From assembly GCA_951406725.2 (NCBI GenBank), contig OX597826.1:44268001-44332000 (forward strand): 64,000 nucleotides of DNA. Direction: 5' to 3'. A program made the translations under genes and the position numbers. This document shows, piece after piece, positions 16,594 to 30,112 of this stretch. Under the pieces are notes generated by a model. It saw nothing but the letters and a program-made list of their open reading frames with translations, searched no databases and had not been told where the DNA came from. Origin of the DNA: Octopus vulgaris. Lineage: Eukaryota. The first letter of the stretch is position 1. Every line of letters starts with the position of its first letter.

Positions 16594-17185
16594 TATTTCT
16601 TTATTGCCCACAAGGGGCTAAACATAGAGGGAACAAACAAGGACAGATAAAGGGACTAAGTCGATTACATCGACCCCAGTGCGTAACTGGTACTTATTTA
16701 ATCGACCCCGAAAGGATGAAAGGCAAAGTCGACCTCGGCGGAATTTGAACTCAGAACGTAGCGGTAGACAAAATATCTGTGTGTAGACAAGGGGCTACAC
16801 ACAGAGAGGACAATCAAGCAGACAAACGGATTAAGTCGATTATATCGACTCCAGTGCGTAACTGGTACTTATTTAATTGACACCGAAAGGATGAAAGGCA
16901 AAATCGACCTTGGTGGAATTTGAACTCAGAAGGTAGCAGCAGACGAAATACCTATTTCTTTACTACCCACAGGGGGCTAAATATAGAGAGGACAAACAAG
17001 GACAGACAAACGGATTAAGTCTATTACATCGACGCCAGTGTGTAACTGGTACTTAATTTATCGACCCCGAAAGGATGAAAGGCAAAGTCGACCTCGGCGG
17101 AATTTGAACTCAGAACGTAACGGCAGACGAAATGCTGCTACGCATTTCGCCCGGCGTGCTAACGTTTCCGCTAGCTCGCTGCCTT
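16594..17185 (-). mobile_element. Trimeric family-A SINE with 11-bp target-site duplication
   Basis: One head plus three B-box/core/tail units; ttcctaaatct at 16583-16593 and 17190-17200. Confidence 0.85.
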
Positions 17186-18299
17186 GTTGTTCCTAAATCT
17201 GCAGTGCCAATGTATGCGATGGTGTCTCATGTACCGTTTCACTTCTGCCTGATTCTCATTTTGTTGTGAATATAAAAGAAAAGATACATGTGTCCACGCA
17301 TTCACAAGCAGTCGATAGAGCACACATCGTGTTTCATATAGGTCAGGATTTTCTCTAACAGCTTCTTAGGCATATGGCAACGCCATCAGTTTTTTGAGAA
17401 GCAGAGGTATATCACTTGTTTCTTATCTAGAAAAATTCATTACGTAGCGAGGCACTACTTTTGTGATAAGACATATTCTATATGTTTTTTTTCTTTTCTT
17501 TTACTTGACACACGTCCAGCGAGTCTTTCTCTTCGCTAGCCAATGCTTGTTTTCCTTCATTTCTCTTTGTTAAAGTATAAGTGTCTGTATTCACAAATAC
17601 GCTTTGTATGTTTATTTGTTGTTATTTCCTTTTGTTTGACTTTTTTTAATCCGTGTTTCTGTTAACAAAATTCTGAAAATTGTTTCCAAGATGTTTTCTG
17701 GCGTCTTCGTTGCTACCGTATTTGTGGCTAGCAGGTCTTCGCTCTTCTCCAAAGGAAGTGATATTAAATCACGAGCAAAAAAAAAAGTGTTTACAAAAAT
17801 ATAAGGTATATAAAATGTACAAGGATAAATCTTATTATTCAACCTCAGGGTAATGGAGTGGATGCTCAAATATTCTAAAAGCCTTTGTTGGCAAAATAAG
17901 AGAAAAAATATTCCTCACCAGCAAATTAATGGTGGTAACTGGATTCTTTCCCTGGAGGTCTCTTACATGCATCCGTTCATTACAAACAGCGACAACAGCA
18001 GGAACGTCACCAACACTAGCAACAACAAAAAAGCAAAAATAATGATAGCAATAATGATGAAGATCAAGATGGACGATGATGATAACAAAGACAATGATAA
18101 TAATATTACTACGAATAATAATACTGTTTGTATCGAAAATATTGATAGAATTAATGGTAAAAGTAATGGTAGTATTAATATCAAAATAATGATAATTTTA
18201 ATATTAAAAATATCGATAATAGAAATAATGGTATTATTGTTATACTATTATTGTTGTTATTAATAATAATGATAACAACGATCTTGGTGATTACTTAAT

Positions 18300-18732
18300 C
18301 TTTTCTTCTCAAGGCACAAAGCCCGAAATTTTGGGGGGAGGGGGTACAAGTCGATTAGATCAATTCCTGTATGTAACTGGTACTTAATTTATCGACCCCC
18401 GGAAGGATGAAAAAGAAAGTCGACCTCGGCGGAATTTGAACCCAGAACGTAAAAACAGACGAAATGCCGCTATGCATTCCACCCGGTATGCTAACGTATC
18501 TATTTCTTTACTACCCACAATGGGCTAAACACAGAGGGGACAAACAAGGACAGACAAACGGATCAAGTCAATTACACTGACCCCAGTGCGTAACTGGTAC
18601 TTAATTTATCGACCCCGGAAGGATGGAAAGGAAAGTCGACCTCGGCGGAATTTGAACCCAGAACGTAAAGACAGACGAAATGCCGCTATGCATTCCGCCC
18701 GGTATGCTAACGTATCTACCAGCTCACCGCCT
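18300..18732 (-). mobile_element. Dimeric family-A SINE
   Basis: Two core units (18360-18500 and 18575-18732) with different tails. Confidence 0.8.
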
Positions 18733-18956
18733 TGAGTAGCACACCATAATAACGATTTAATAATAATTTCTTTTATTCTGCTTGCCGGATCCAATTATAC
18801 ATTACACATACAATAGATTTCTTATAATGAGGATACAAAAGCGTGTGAGGATGTATAAACGAATTGTATATAAATAATGCAAGAGTTATAGAAGTTACAC
18901 AATAGATTTAGATGTTAACATTTTCGAACTTCTATAAAAGTATTTGATATAGTTAA

Positions 18957-19867
18957 TCTCTATATATAAAAGTGAAGTTGTGTGAGTGTCTGTCTCCTAC
19001 GATTTAGATTCCTAACTACTCCCACATTTTGCAGTGCAGTTTAACCAAATTCGGGTATCTTATAGTCGTGATTCATATCGAGCCCGTCCGGGTATTAGCG
19101 CGCGTCTACGATGAGTCTACGATTTTAAAAATAATTTACCATAATTTTTTCCATTTTAAGGCATATTTTATCCGTGTGTCGATGGCGGCGGAGTTGGCGT
19201 CCATGCTCACACCTGCACCTGTGTTGCTTCTCCCCCTTCTTCCCCCCTCGTGAAGCTGTGGGGAAGGGAGTGTAAGGAAATCAACGTCGTAAAGCGTTGT
19301 CAAGGAGACCAGCGTTCTTTTAGAACAACGACTTCATGGCTTGAAGTCGCCAAAACAGAAATCGCTAAAAAAGCTGAAACAGATCCACAAAAACGGCAAA
19401 AACCGCCACACAGGGCAGGTTTCCTGCGCAAACAATTTGCACAACCGAATGTTTTAGTTGTTGCACAAATCTTTATATATAAAAGTGAAGTTGTGTGTCT
19501 GTCTCCTACGATTTAGATTCCTAACTACTCCCACATTTTGCGGTGCAGTTTAACCAAAACCGGGTATCTTATAGTCGTGATTCATATCGAGCTCTTCTGG
19601 GTATTAGCGCGCGTCTACGATGAGTCTACGATTTAAAAAAAAAATTACCATCATTTTTTTCCATTTTAATGCATTTTTTCGCTATTATATAAGGGAAGTA
19701 ACTCTCTGAAAATGTCTACGATGAGTCAACGATTAAAAAAAAAATTAGCATAATTTTTTATTCCATTTTTAATGCATTTTTTTGCTATTTTTTTGCTATA
19801 ACTCTCTAAAAATGCTTATATAGTTATTTCCCTTCCAAACCCGAACAACGCCGGGCGATACTGCTAG
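18957..19867 (+). mobile_element. Non-autonomous Helitron with duplicated 5' end
   Basis: A|TCTCTATATATAAAAG 5' terminus, 3' CTAG|T terminus, subterminal hairpin cccgaacaacgccggg (19840-19855), inserted between A and T with no TSD. A second TC 5' end starts at 19470. Confidence 0.85.
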
Positions 19868-20629
19868 TTAAATATAAACATAAATACAATTGAAAGTGTA
19901 TAATTTTTAAAAGTTCACTCGCACGGTTTTGCCTTGCAATACTGCAATATGAATTATATCAGGGCTTCTAACGGCTATATTTCTCTTGTTTCCGTAAGTG
20001 TTTTAGTACTTGAAATTGGCTAAATAGGTATCCAAGTTTCATTGATTGCCAAAATATATAGGTATCAATAGGTTTTCGACTGCTGTTGACCCATTCCACA
20101 ATAGCATCTATTCGATCTTTATCTCCCCCACTTGATGGTCAGTGATCTATCGGAAATTTTTGGATATTCTCACTAAGTAAAGGTGCGCACCTTGAACTGA
20201 GTTTCTTCTGAAGGAGGCGTTAGTCCCTCTTCCCTTTTCTTCATGGTAACTGTTTTTGTCCGACTCTTTCTTTTGGAGATTTTCTTCCACTTTTAATATC
20301 TGTTGTCTCTGTCTTTCAACTACCTTGTGTATATTCCATATTATTGCTAAAAGGTGACGTGATATAATTCGGAGGTAGAGAGGAATTTTAAACTCATGGT
20401 CCTTGTGTTCCTAGTCCTTGTACTGCTGGTCGCATTCTTGATCAATTTTCTGTCTTTTTGCTCTTACATCTAAGAACGAAGTAATCTCATCCGCTATTCC
20501 CAGTGCTGTAGCGATTGATGTCCTAAGAATAGCAGCTACTGTGGACTGTTTATTTTGTAGTTTTATACCTTTTTTGTTGTTGTTGTAGTAGCAGCAGCAG
20601 TAGCAGCAGCAGCAATAGTAGTAGTAGTT

Positions 20630-20670
<41 letters not shown>

Positions 20671-21899
20671 CACAGTTTTGCTGATCTCTTTTTTACTGAC
20701 TTTCGAATTCCAACTGACAGAAACATCAGAAGTAACATTTGCGCATATAGTAGCAGGGCTTTCTGTTCGATACCGCTTAGTCTTACAGATTGTTTTTTCT
20801 TCCACAAGCACACTCGATCCCATCTCCAGAATGGCTTTATGCTCTCCGGGGAATTGCATAATCTATATAAAATCCACTGAACTACATATCGTTCTTAGTT
20901 GCTTTCGCTTTTTATCACCTCACAGAAATGTGACAATTTGTCAATATCCGTTATACGGCCCAAACAAACATTGAGCTGCGAGCTTCTCGGCAAGTGTGCA
21001 GCGCACCTGCTCAATCCAGTTTTTCGTCTTATTCTCTGTTTCGAACTTCAGTAAATGGGAAATTATTATCGATGCTTTGGCAAGAGCTATCTGCAATATT
21101 TTAGTTGGTATGCGAAAGGCTGTTGTGGTTTGAAAGATAGATTTTCTACTTTCGTTTTGCTCACTTTTCAATAAGAGACTGAATTATAAAAGCGATTTCC
21201 TTTCTCGCGTTACTCTTTCAAGCAGACTTTTTCTTCACTTTTTCATTCAGGTTTGGAGTCCATTGATTGGACGTTACGTTCGCAAATAAAGTAAGAGTGG
21301 AACTGCTCTAATCGAAAACTGTTTTACCTTTTCCCTTGAGATTTTCTTGTTGTTATTATCGTTAATGGTGTCGTTTAAATTACTCAAAATGAAATTTATT
21401 CTTTTCTTTTTTATCACGAAGCCATATTTTGTACCTATTCAACTGAGAAATTGAGCTCTTTTGTTGTTGTTTTCTTCTGTTTACTACTCATGAATTTAAA
21501 AAGAAGAGAATAACATAGAAGAAATATGTCAGATCAGGAAACAGAACGGAATTGGAATTACAATCGGAGAACTAAAGTAGTGAGTAATGGCAAACGGTGC
21601 CGAAAACGAACTTATGAAGTGAGGATCAGCCAAAATGAGTAACATCGCAAAACAGAAACCTCTAGTTCATATTCTCCAACGAAATAACAGTCACAAGATA
21701 AAAGGCGATGAAGAAAACAATGAGAAAAACAGTGCCAATCAGTAAAACAGTGGAAACGGCAAGTGAAAATTCCAAACAAAATGAAGAGGCGCAAAATATT
21801 TTCCTATAACGAAAGTAAATATTCAAAAGCAATTTATAAAAAGCAGGGATGTGGAAATCTACTGGACCAGGTTTTGTCTAAGTGACTTATTGATTATGC

Positions 21900-23600
21900 T
21901 TGAAAGAACTTCTAAGTTTACATGACACAATATTGTGCGTAGTTAACGAACGGATTGACTTGTTTGATAGTGGAATAGAAATTGAAAACTACCGAGCAAA
22001 TACAAGTACACCGTTTATGTAGAATCTCTTAACAGAGATAATTTCAGAAGAAATAACATGTATGTGATAAACACGTAATATCCGATGAACAAAACAGCTG
22101 CCGAAAATAGCAAAAGAACGAAAACGCAATTAACAATGAGGAAAAAAAGGTACTGAAGTGTTGTTGAAGGAAATTGACAACTAAAAACATCGCATGGATC
22201 GATTTAAATAAACCTTATAAACTGATCCAGACTCATAGATCAAATTGGTGTTTAGAACTTGAAAATCTCCAGAAACGTCATATTGATATGGATGTCAGAA
22301 AGTGTAACGAGACTTGAGAATAGAATTAGTAATTTCTGGATGTTAAAGATTTTCAGAGATACAGATCACAAAACCTTTCAGTGGGACTGGTTTACTTATA
22401 TTCTGTTTGCAATCGCACAAATGTCCTTATTGATTATACTAAACAAAATTAACGAAAAATGCTCGTTGGAGAAGAATAGGGAAGTAGTGAGTCTTTTCCT
22501 GTTTTCAGATGATTTATATCTTTAAGGCAAAGACAGGAATTAACTGGATTCCTTAATAAAAACTCTATGAAAATTTAGTATTAACATCGAGAAGACATTT
22601 AAAATTGAGATGAAACAGGGAAATACATTAAAAAGTGCTGGAATGGATCAAATGATCTGAATATAAAACCATTAAAAGTAGAAGAATTTAACTGTCTCAA
22701 AATACTGGAAAGTGATAAAATTCGAAAGTACAGAAACGAAAGTTCTCACAAGCAAAGACTTTTGTAGAATGAAGAAAATTTTAAAAATCAGGAAATATCA
22801 CGCAAGCAATAAAATTGAGGTTAGTATCGGTAATGAAGTAAGGAGTAGGATTTATTAAATGGGGAGAGGCTAAACTGAAAGTTATCCATAGGAAAACACG
22901 GAAGCGGCTCACAATGCAAAGAACGGTCAACTGTGAACTAGTTGGTTATACTAGAAACGATAAAAAAGGGTTAAAGCGTGCCAGTAACATTCAATATTTT
23001 ACAAAGAAGACAACAGAGATAACGGATGACAAGCACAGCTGTCTCCGATTAAAGAAACGGAGGAAATGGTTTTAGCAACACAGGAAAAGGCCCTAAGGGT
23101 AACTTGTATCATAAGAATGATAGATTAACAGGACTGTTTACTCAAATATAAAATGTGCAGTGATTCAGATATTCACATTGAATGGCAATCTTCAGAGGTA
23201 GCTTTGGATATATTTTACAAAAGATTCAGTTTTGCACGCTCAGAAAACAACTATTACCATTTTGTAGGAATACAAATAGAAGGCTCTGAAAAGATAAGGC
23301 GAGGCTATTGGAGGTTTCTATACATACTGAAAGAAAAGAACACAGTCAGCTGAATACTGTAATCATTGATTAAAAACACGAAATGCTGTGTTGTTGTAGA
23401 CGTAGCTTTCCTATTTCATAACACAATGAAGAAAAAGTGAAAAGAGATACTGTATTATACTCACTTGAAGTATAAAATCAAATACAGAAATGAAAAAAGC
23501 TAACAAAGTCGAAATCCCATAAATTATCATTGAGGGCATGGAGACTGAGGCGAAGAATTTGTGAGCAAACCTGGTAAACTAGTACTTGATCTGCGAGTAA
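21900..23600 (+). pseudogene. Old decayed R4/Dong LINE (RT to RLE)
   Basis: AWIDLNKPY (~22193), FQWDWFTYILFAIA...SLFLFSDDLYL (ORF 22259-22525; cf. FQGDSLSPLIFCIA...QLFYMDDLKL) and IKETEEMVLATQEKALR (~23050; cf. KAETEGFLIAAQDQSL). Many stops; ends approximate. Confidence 0.75.
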
Positions 23601-23916
23601 GTACAGTACAGAAATCTGACCCAACAAGAATTATCCGGAAATTCCTTGATGCAATGGTAATGTAAGAACAGATATGTAAGAACAGATATGGAGAGTAGAA
23701 AATTATTTATATATTGAAGGTAAAAATAAATGCACCTCATACTAAACCATAAACGGTTGTTACATAGGAAACACAAAGTAGTTATAATAATAACCCTTTC
23801 TATTATAGGCACAAGACCTGAGATTTTGCGGGAGATGGGGAGGTTCTTTATGACATCGACCCCAGGGCTCTACTAGTTCTTAATTTATCAATCCTGAAAA
23901 GGATGAAAAGCAAATA

Positions 23917-24008
23917 AGAGCATCACAGCAAACTACAGCACATACCCAAGGCACACAGAGCTGCGCTCGGTAGTGAAGTGAAAGCACGCTATAAAAATAA
24001 AACTACTG
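23917..24008 (+). mobile_element. Short 3'-end fragment of the 2542-3986 Dong family
   Basis: Near-identical to ~3888-3986 (gcacatacccaaggcacacagagctg...aaactactg), followed by (AAT)n. Confidence 0.9.
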
Positions 24009-24022
24009 AATAATAATAATAA

Positions 24023-26540
24023 TTTCTTGGCCAACAGGGCCGAACGTAGTGGTCGATACACAGACGAGGGACAGTGAGTTTAAACTTGTATACAGCAAAC
24101 AAACACAATGATTAACAAAGAGATAAATGCAACTATATGCTTCCCCAATAGGGGATGGTGTTCCACCGTAACTTGACCATAGAGACCTCACGCACTTTGG
24201 ATCCCTTAACACCAAAGATTTCTCAGGAAAGCACTCTCCCTTCTTGGTTCCATTCGGCCTACATGCGCACACTTAGAATAAACCCATTTACGTGAGCCAT
24301 TCTTGCCACATTGACCCACCTTTTAACGAACTTACTGGGTTACAGTACCTCCGTATTCAAACTTACATTCCTTTTCAAAGAGAAAGATACCCGTCCTCAA
24401 CCCTTCCAATCCCGTCCACCACATAAACTCTTTTGTCATAGCCATCAGACAGAGAAAAATTACCCTCCCTTCTCGGTCAAATGAAAGAAGCGGGTTGATC
24501 TTCACAATGGACTCAGATTGTAGCCTTATCTGTCCAACACGTAACAGTAGCTTTTTAACAAAGCTCCACAAGTCAGCAATGCGCAGATACTATACAAGAG
24601 CATGCGGAATAGCTTCATCGCTCCGCGTGCATCTCGGACAAACCCAACTGACTGCACACTCGTGCCGGTAGAGCTTATCTCGAACTGGCAGCGCCCCCCG
24701 GTAGTACTATCAGACTAGAGATTTCTGGAAGTTATCCATAGTTCCCCACCCGAAAGACCTCCGGAAGAGACCAGCCAGCAGATCCTCCTCGACGCCCAGG
24801 ACCTCTTCTAGTACGTCGTCGCTCTTGCCCTCCTCTACTTCCCTACAGAACTCCAAAATGCCCCCGACCGCATTGCCCGACTGGACGAGGGCTGTGAGCG
24901 CATGGAGACACTCTTGGTGCTAAGCGCCCTGCCTCGGTCTACGCCTAATCCACTGCAGCTCCGTCAAGGAGATGAACTGCGGAAAAGTGCGTTCAACATA
25001 TGGCGACCAAACATTCTCACCGTTAAGGTATCGATGGAGATGTCGCAACCTCAGCGCATGTCCGCACATTCTCTAACATGGCATGCCCAGTCCTCCACGC
25101 AACGGATGCTGACAGCAAATGGACCATCTGACATGTGGTACCTGTCCCCTCTACAGGAAGCGGAAGAGTAAACACGCCAGCAAGTCAGCCACGAAGCGAG
25201 GCAAGGGACAACAGTGAGGCAGTAGCATATAGCGGGTGCGATATACGCATTCACCACCTCCGTCCAACTTCCAGAAACAGCTTCCTCTCGGCCCATTTCT
25301 GGGCAAGACTGGCCACCCTGTCTGTTACCTCACATCAGTTCTTGTCCACTTGGAGATTCGGACCAGCGGTTGGCGAGATCCTACCTTTCTAGGTGCCGTG
25401 CCATAGGCCCACTGACTTCTAGTTGATTATTGTTCCTGTCACCACTTCGTATTCCCTTAGGGTAGTGCCGACCATCTCGATTTTCTAAACTATCACGGTG
25501 AAATCGTCCACGTACACCGACACAACCTTCCGCATACCAGTTCACGGGTGATGCCCCTCGAAAGCTCCAGCTTCCGCAGTAATGACTCGAGTGCTGGTAC
25601 GTAGAGAAGGCGTGTGAATGGGCATCCTTGACGGACCAATCATGCGATACTAAGCGATTCCGAGAGGTGGACATTAAATGTGTCCACCGAACAGATGTTG
25701 CTGTACATTGAAGCGACCCAGCTTCTGAAAACGGGACCGAAACCAACCGCCTTGAGGATAGCCTCCAGGTACATATGGTCGACTCTATCAAAAGCTTTCG
25801 ATTGATTTAAATGGATCAGGGCCCCACCCATGCATAGTTGTTTACCAACCCACTTTATGATGTACCGTGTGAAGTAGGGGTTGTCATGTATAGTTCTGCT
25901 GGAGATAGCGCAAGTCAGCGCATCACCCACCAGTCTGTCAACAACAAGCACCAAACTCTTTGCTAACACCTTGCCCCAAATTTTGTAATCTGTATTTAGC
26001 AGTATTATCGGCCTAAAATTATCAACAATGTTCTCCTTGTTCGGAACTTTTCTCCGTAGCGTCACCACACTTCGGCTCACAGATCCAGGTATTCTCCCAT
26101 TCTGCTGACAGTTGCGGTAGATGTCTCTCAAAAGCTCACGTGGAGAAGAACCTCCAACGTATTCCCAACCCAATTCTCCCTCCTCGATCTTTTAGCATCC
26201 AGGAGATTCTCTCCCCCGTCCCTACAAGTACAGACGAGAAACCACCATAAATTCAAGCCTGGTCAGATTCCAGGAACCGTAATTCGTACCGCCTCTATGG
26301 GCGATTTCTTCAGTGCGACGAGTGGTCACCGAGCTCTGTATCACCTGCCCCTCGGTTTTAAAAGGACTTCCGTCGTACTGCCTCACTCTCGTAATGTGGT
26401 GGATATCCTGCCATATGTATTTCAAGGTTTTTTCCACCTGGTGGCGTTATGCGTTTCCGAGTTACTTTCTCTTTGTGTTCATGCACGTGTAGACAACTCT
26501 CTGCTTGGCTGTTGCTTCAAGATGGCTTCTAAAACAATTT
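24023..26540 (-). mobile_element. Decayed Tx1/L1-clade LINE ORF2 (RT, zf-RVT-like region) and 3'UTR
   Basis: ORF 25640-26173 has NFRPIILLNTDYKIWGKVLA...LNQSKAFDRVDHMYL...GFGPVFRSWV. ALPVRDKL..CPRC..EAIPHAL lies near 24600-24700. C-terminus reads KRWVNVARMAHVNGFILSVRM*. Multiple frameshifts. Confidence 0.85.
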
Positions 26541-26586
26541 AAGCAACAAAAGACAGTATAGAACCTTTGGCGACAAATGTAATAAC

Positions 26587-26647
<61 letters not shown>

Positions 26648-26675
26648 TAATAATAATAATAAACAATAATGATAA

Positions 26676-26880
26676 TTTCAAATGTTAGCACAAGACCAGC
26701 ACTTTCGGGGAAGGAGATAAGTCGGTCACATCGACCACATTTCTGAACTGGTACTTATTTATCGACCCCGAAATTATGAAAGTCGATCTCGGCGCAATTT
26801 GACCTCAAAACGTAAAGACGGACGAAATGACGCTAAGAATTTTGTGCAACGTGCTAACGATTCTGCTAACTCGCCGCCTT
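26676..26880 (-). mobile_element. SINE (family A), decayed
   Basis: Core tcgaccccgaa and head ttctgctaactcgccgcc, between (AAT)n tracts. Confidence 0.75.
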
Positions 26881-26883
26881 ATA

Positions 26884-26955
<72 letters not shown>

Positions 26956-26960
26956 TGATG

Positions 26961-27220
26961 ATGATCCCTGGCTTACCATCCCTGCAAGAAGTGCAAAAGA
27001 TTGTCTTAACTGGTACATCACACGTATTGAGAAGTGCATTGTCGATGTGTGGACCGTTGCTGCTCATGTATTTTAATTTAACTTGAAAAAAAAAAAATGA
27101 ACGAACAATTGAGTTTGGTTTAATGGCCTACCAATGTATACTATGAGTTTCTTTGCCCTAGGAGTCGGGAAGACACTCGGCAAGAAATGGAAGCAAATTT
27201 GAAAGAAGAAAAAAAAAATA
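26961..27220 (+). mobile_element. 3'-end fragment of the 39831-42044 Dong family
   Basis: MIPGLPSLQEVQKIVLTGTSHVLRSALSM plus a 3'UTR nearly identical to the reverse complement of ~39831-40095, inside (AAT)n. Confidence 0.9.
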
Positions 27221-27226
27221 ATAATG

Positions 27227-27326
<100 letters not shown>

Positions 27327-28080
27327 GCAACAATGATAATAATGTACAGATATATGATAATGATAATAAAAAAAATGAAAAATATTCTGAGAACAGTCAA
27401 TTCACTCAAATACACAAATACAAAAGAAGAAAAAGTAGAAAAATACGTATAAAATGCCCACATCCCGAAAAAATATATTATCAATAGATTACGAAATCTT
27501 ATAAGCACAAATAAAAGAGAAATAATTATATAATTCCCCTTCAGTCAGAATAAAAGATGGACGTTATAGATTTTTCGATATAACAAAAGTTACACAAAAT
27601 TACTCAACCGTAACCGATGTACTAGAGCTAGACAGAAAAAATGTTTAGAATCTATTCTGTAAATGATATAAAATATATTAGATTTACTCTTATACATACA
27701 TATCTTACAGTTCTCCCTCTATCAGATTTTTGAAATTGCGTAAAATATTCTTGTATAATTTGGTGGTATTATATTCGTATAATAACTTCCCTTGCTCTAC
27801 TCTTCTCTCAAAATGTGTGAATGCAGATCCAATACAGCCGACGAAATATAACAATTCCTTCAATGGTCTTTCTTTTCGTTTGTTTTTTTTTTGTTTTTTT
27901 TTGTTTTTTTGTTTTTTTACTGCTTGGAGCAAGAGGAGAACAAACGAGTAAAGATATCAATAACGAATGGCAAAAAAACAAAACAAAAAAAAACATAGGT
28001 TGCAATTCTGTCCGATAATTTAATTAACCTCCACACAGTATCATCGTCTTCTCTCCACCTTCATTTCCTATTTCTTCTAC

Positions 28081-28115
<35 letters not shown>

Positions 28116-28116
28116 T

Positions 28117-28166
<50 letters not shown>

Positions 28167-28489
28167 AAACTTCTTTTTCTTCTTCATTTTCTCCACCACC
28201 TCCTCCTCCACCAGCTGCTCCTCCACCACCTCCTCTCCTCTTCTTGCTCTTCCTCTCCTCCTGCTCTTCCTCACCTCCGTATCATCCCTCTTCCCTCTCA
28301 TATATGTGTACAAATATATATGCATATCTATACTTATTAAATGTTATCCCTGCAAGATTTGATGTTATATATATGTGTATGTATACATATCTGAACTCCA
28401 ATGTGTGAGTGCTTACATGTGTAATAAATAAATACATATATGTATATAAGTGTTAGTGTTTTGTGTATGCATATTTGTGTATGCATGCG

Positions 28490-28525
<36 letters not shown>

Positions 28526-29166
28526 TACATCTGTGTGTGTGTGTGCTTGAGTATGTATGTCTTTGAGTGTATATATATATATATACATATATACTCATGC
28601 TACACCGCATACAATGAAGTGAAGAATAGTTGAAAAGTTCAACGGATCAGACAATGTAAGCTAAGCGTAGCTGAAAGAATACAGATCCTTTTAAGGTTTA
28701 AGAATCCCAGTTCTAAAGTATATGAATATGTTTCTGTTGGCGAATTTTGAAAATACCACCTTCCCCAAGTTGAACAGCTTTAGATCCCTATCCATTCAGC
28801 CTTATGACTTTATAGTTGAAGAAGGCATAATTCTAATCTTCCTACACATTTTTCAGTTATTTTTCTTTGTTTTCTGGTGTTTTCAACCTTCCACATATTA
28901 CATCTACTACCTTCTAACATTTTCCCGTATTTTCTCTTACCTTATCGTCCTTTTCTAGCTTGTTATGCAATGTGGGCAGAGTCTGAGGATTGTGTGAAGG
29001 CACCAGAAGTGTTAAAACATGATGTCTCGGTTGTTTTCATCGCATGAAACTATTAGTAGCACATAAGAATATATAATGTTTTTAAATAATATTTATCTCT
29101 CACCAGATGGAGTACTTTTTGGTTAATCGTACCAACAGGGAAGATTACACAGTACTATACTATACT

Positions 29167-29216
<50 letters not shown>

Positions 29217-29427
29217 TGTATATATGTATATATGTATATACGTATGTATGTGTATATATATATGCACACAAAAATGATATAACGTTTATCAAAATTGCTC
29301 ATAAATGTGCTCTGTATATCTTAACCAGTAATATATATTACTAACTATATTATTTAGCTAAGCACCATACTGGAAGCTGATTGAATGATGATAGTCAGCA
29401 TGGAACTCAAACGGTAGTAGTCATACA

Positions 29428-29521
<94 letters not shown>

Positions 29522-29587
29522 GTATATATATATATATGTATGTATGTATGTATGTATATATGTGTGTGCATATGTATATATATATAT

Positions 29588-29659
<72 letters not shown>

Positions 29660-30069
29660 TATATATAAACATTGCATGCGTTATCTTGAATATGGTGAAA
29701 GACAGATGCAGAAGGGAAAACTCTAACAGACACATCGAAGTTAGGCTATAAGTGAGGACACTCCAGTAATTTTTCTTCTAATCGAGTTAGATCTAAAAGC
29801 AAGTATCATATTCTGTGCTGGCTGTAACTTCATCGTTTCCAAGCTGACCTACCGTCATTCTATTTATCGTAGTGTTTCTATTTTGAGATGTGGATATGGT
29901 TCTTTCTATTTTCAATAATTTCCTTTGCAACAGTACTTCTCATATTTCTAAAAATTTATTGGACTCTCTTCCAAGAAAACATTTGTCAGTATTGGCTATT
30001 TTGGTAGTGCTTCCACCAAGTTTAATTTTACATTTACCATATATTTCAAACATAAGTAGAGAGATGGAA

Positions 30070-30112
<43 letters not shown>

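Noticed and set aside
16230-17480. Decayed APE endonuclease on the minus strand (ANIILWKF, GAADIWRCRY)
   Set aside because: Only two weak motif echoes; needs a tBLASTn or HMM search.
19900-21300. Minus-strand ORF fragments (20563-20859, 20941-21171)
   Set aside because: They look like decayed coding sequence, but I recognise no motif.
28643-28688. ggatc...agcta agcg tagct gaaa...gatcc hammerhead-like layout
   Set aside because: Stems are present but the core reads cagacaatg, too degenerate to call.
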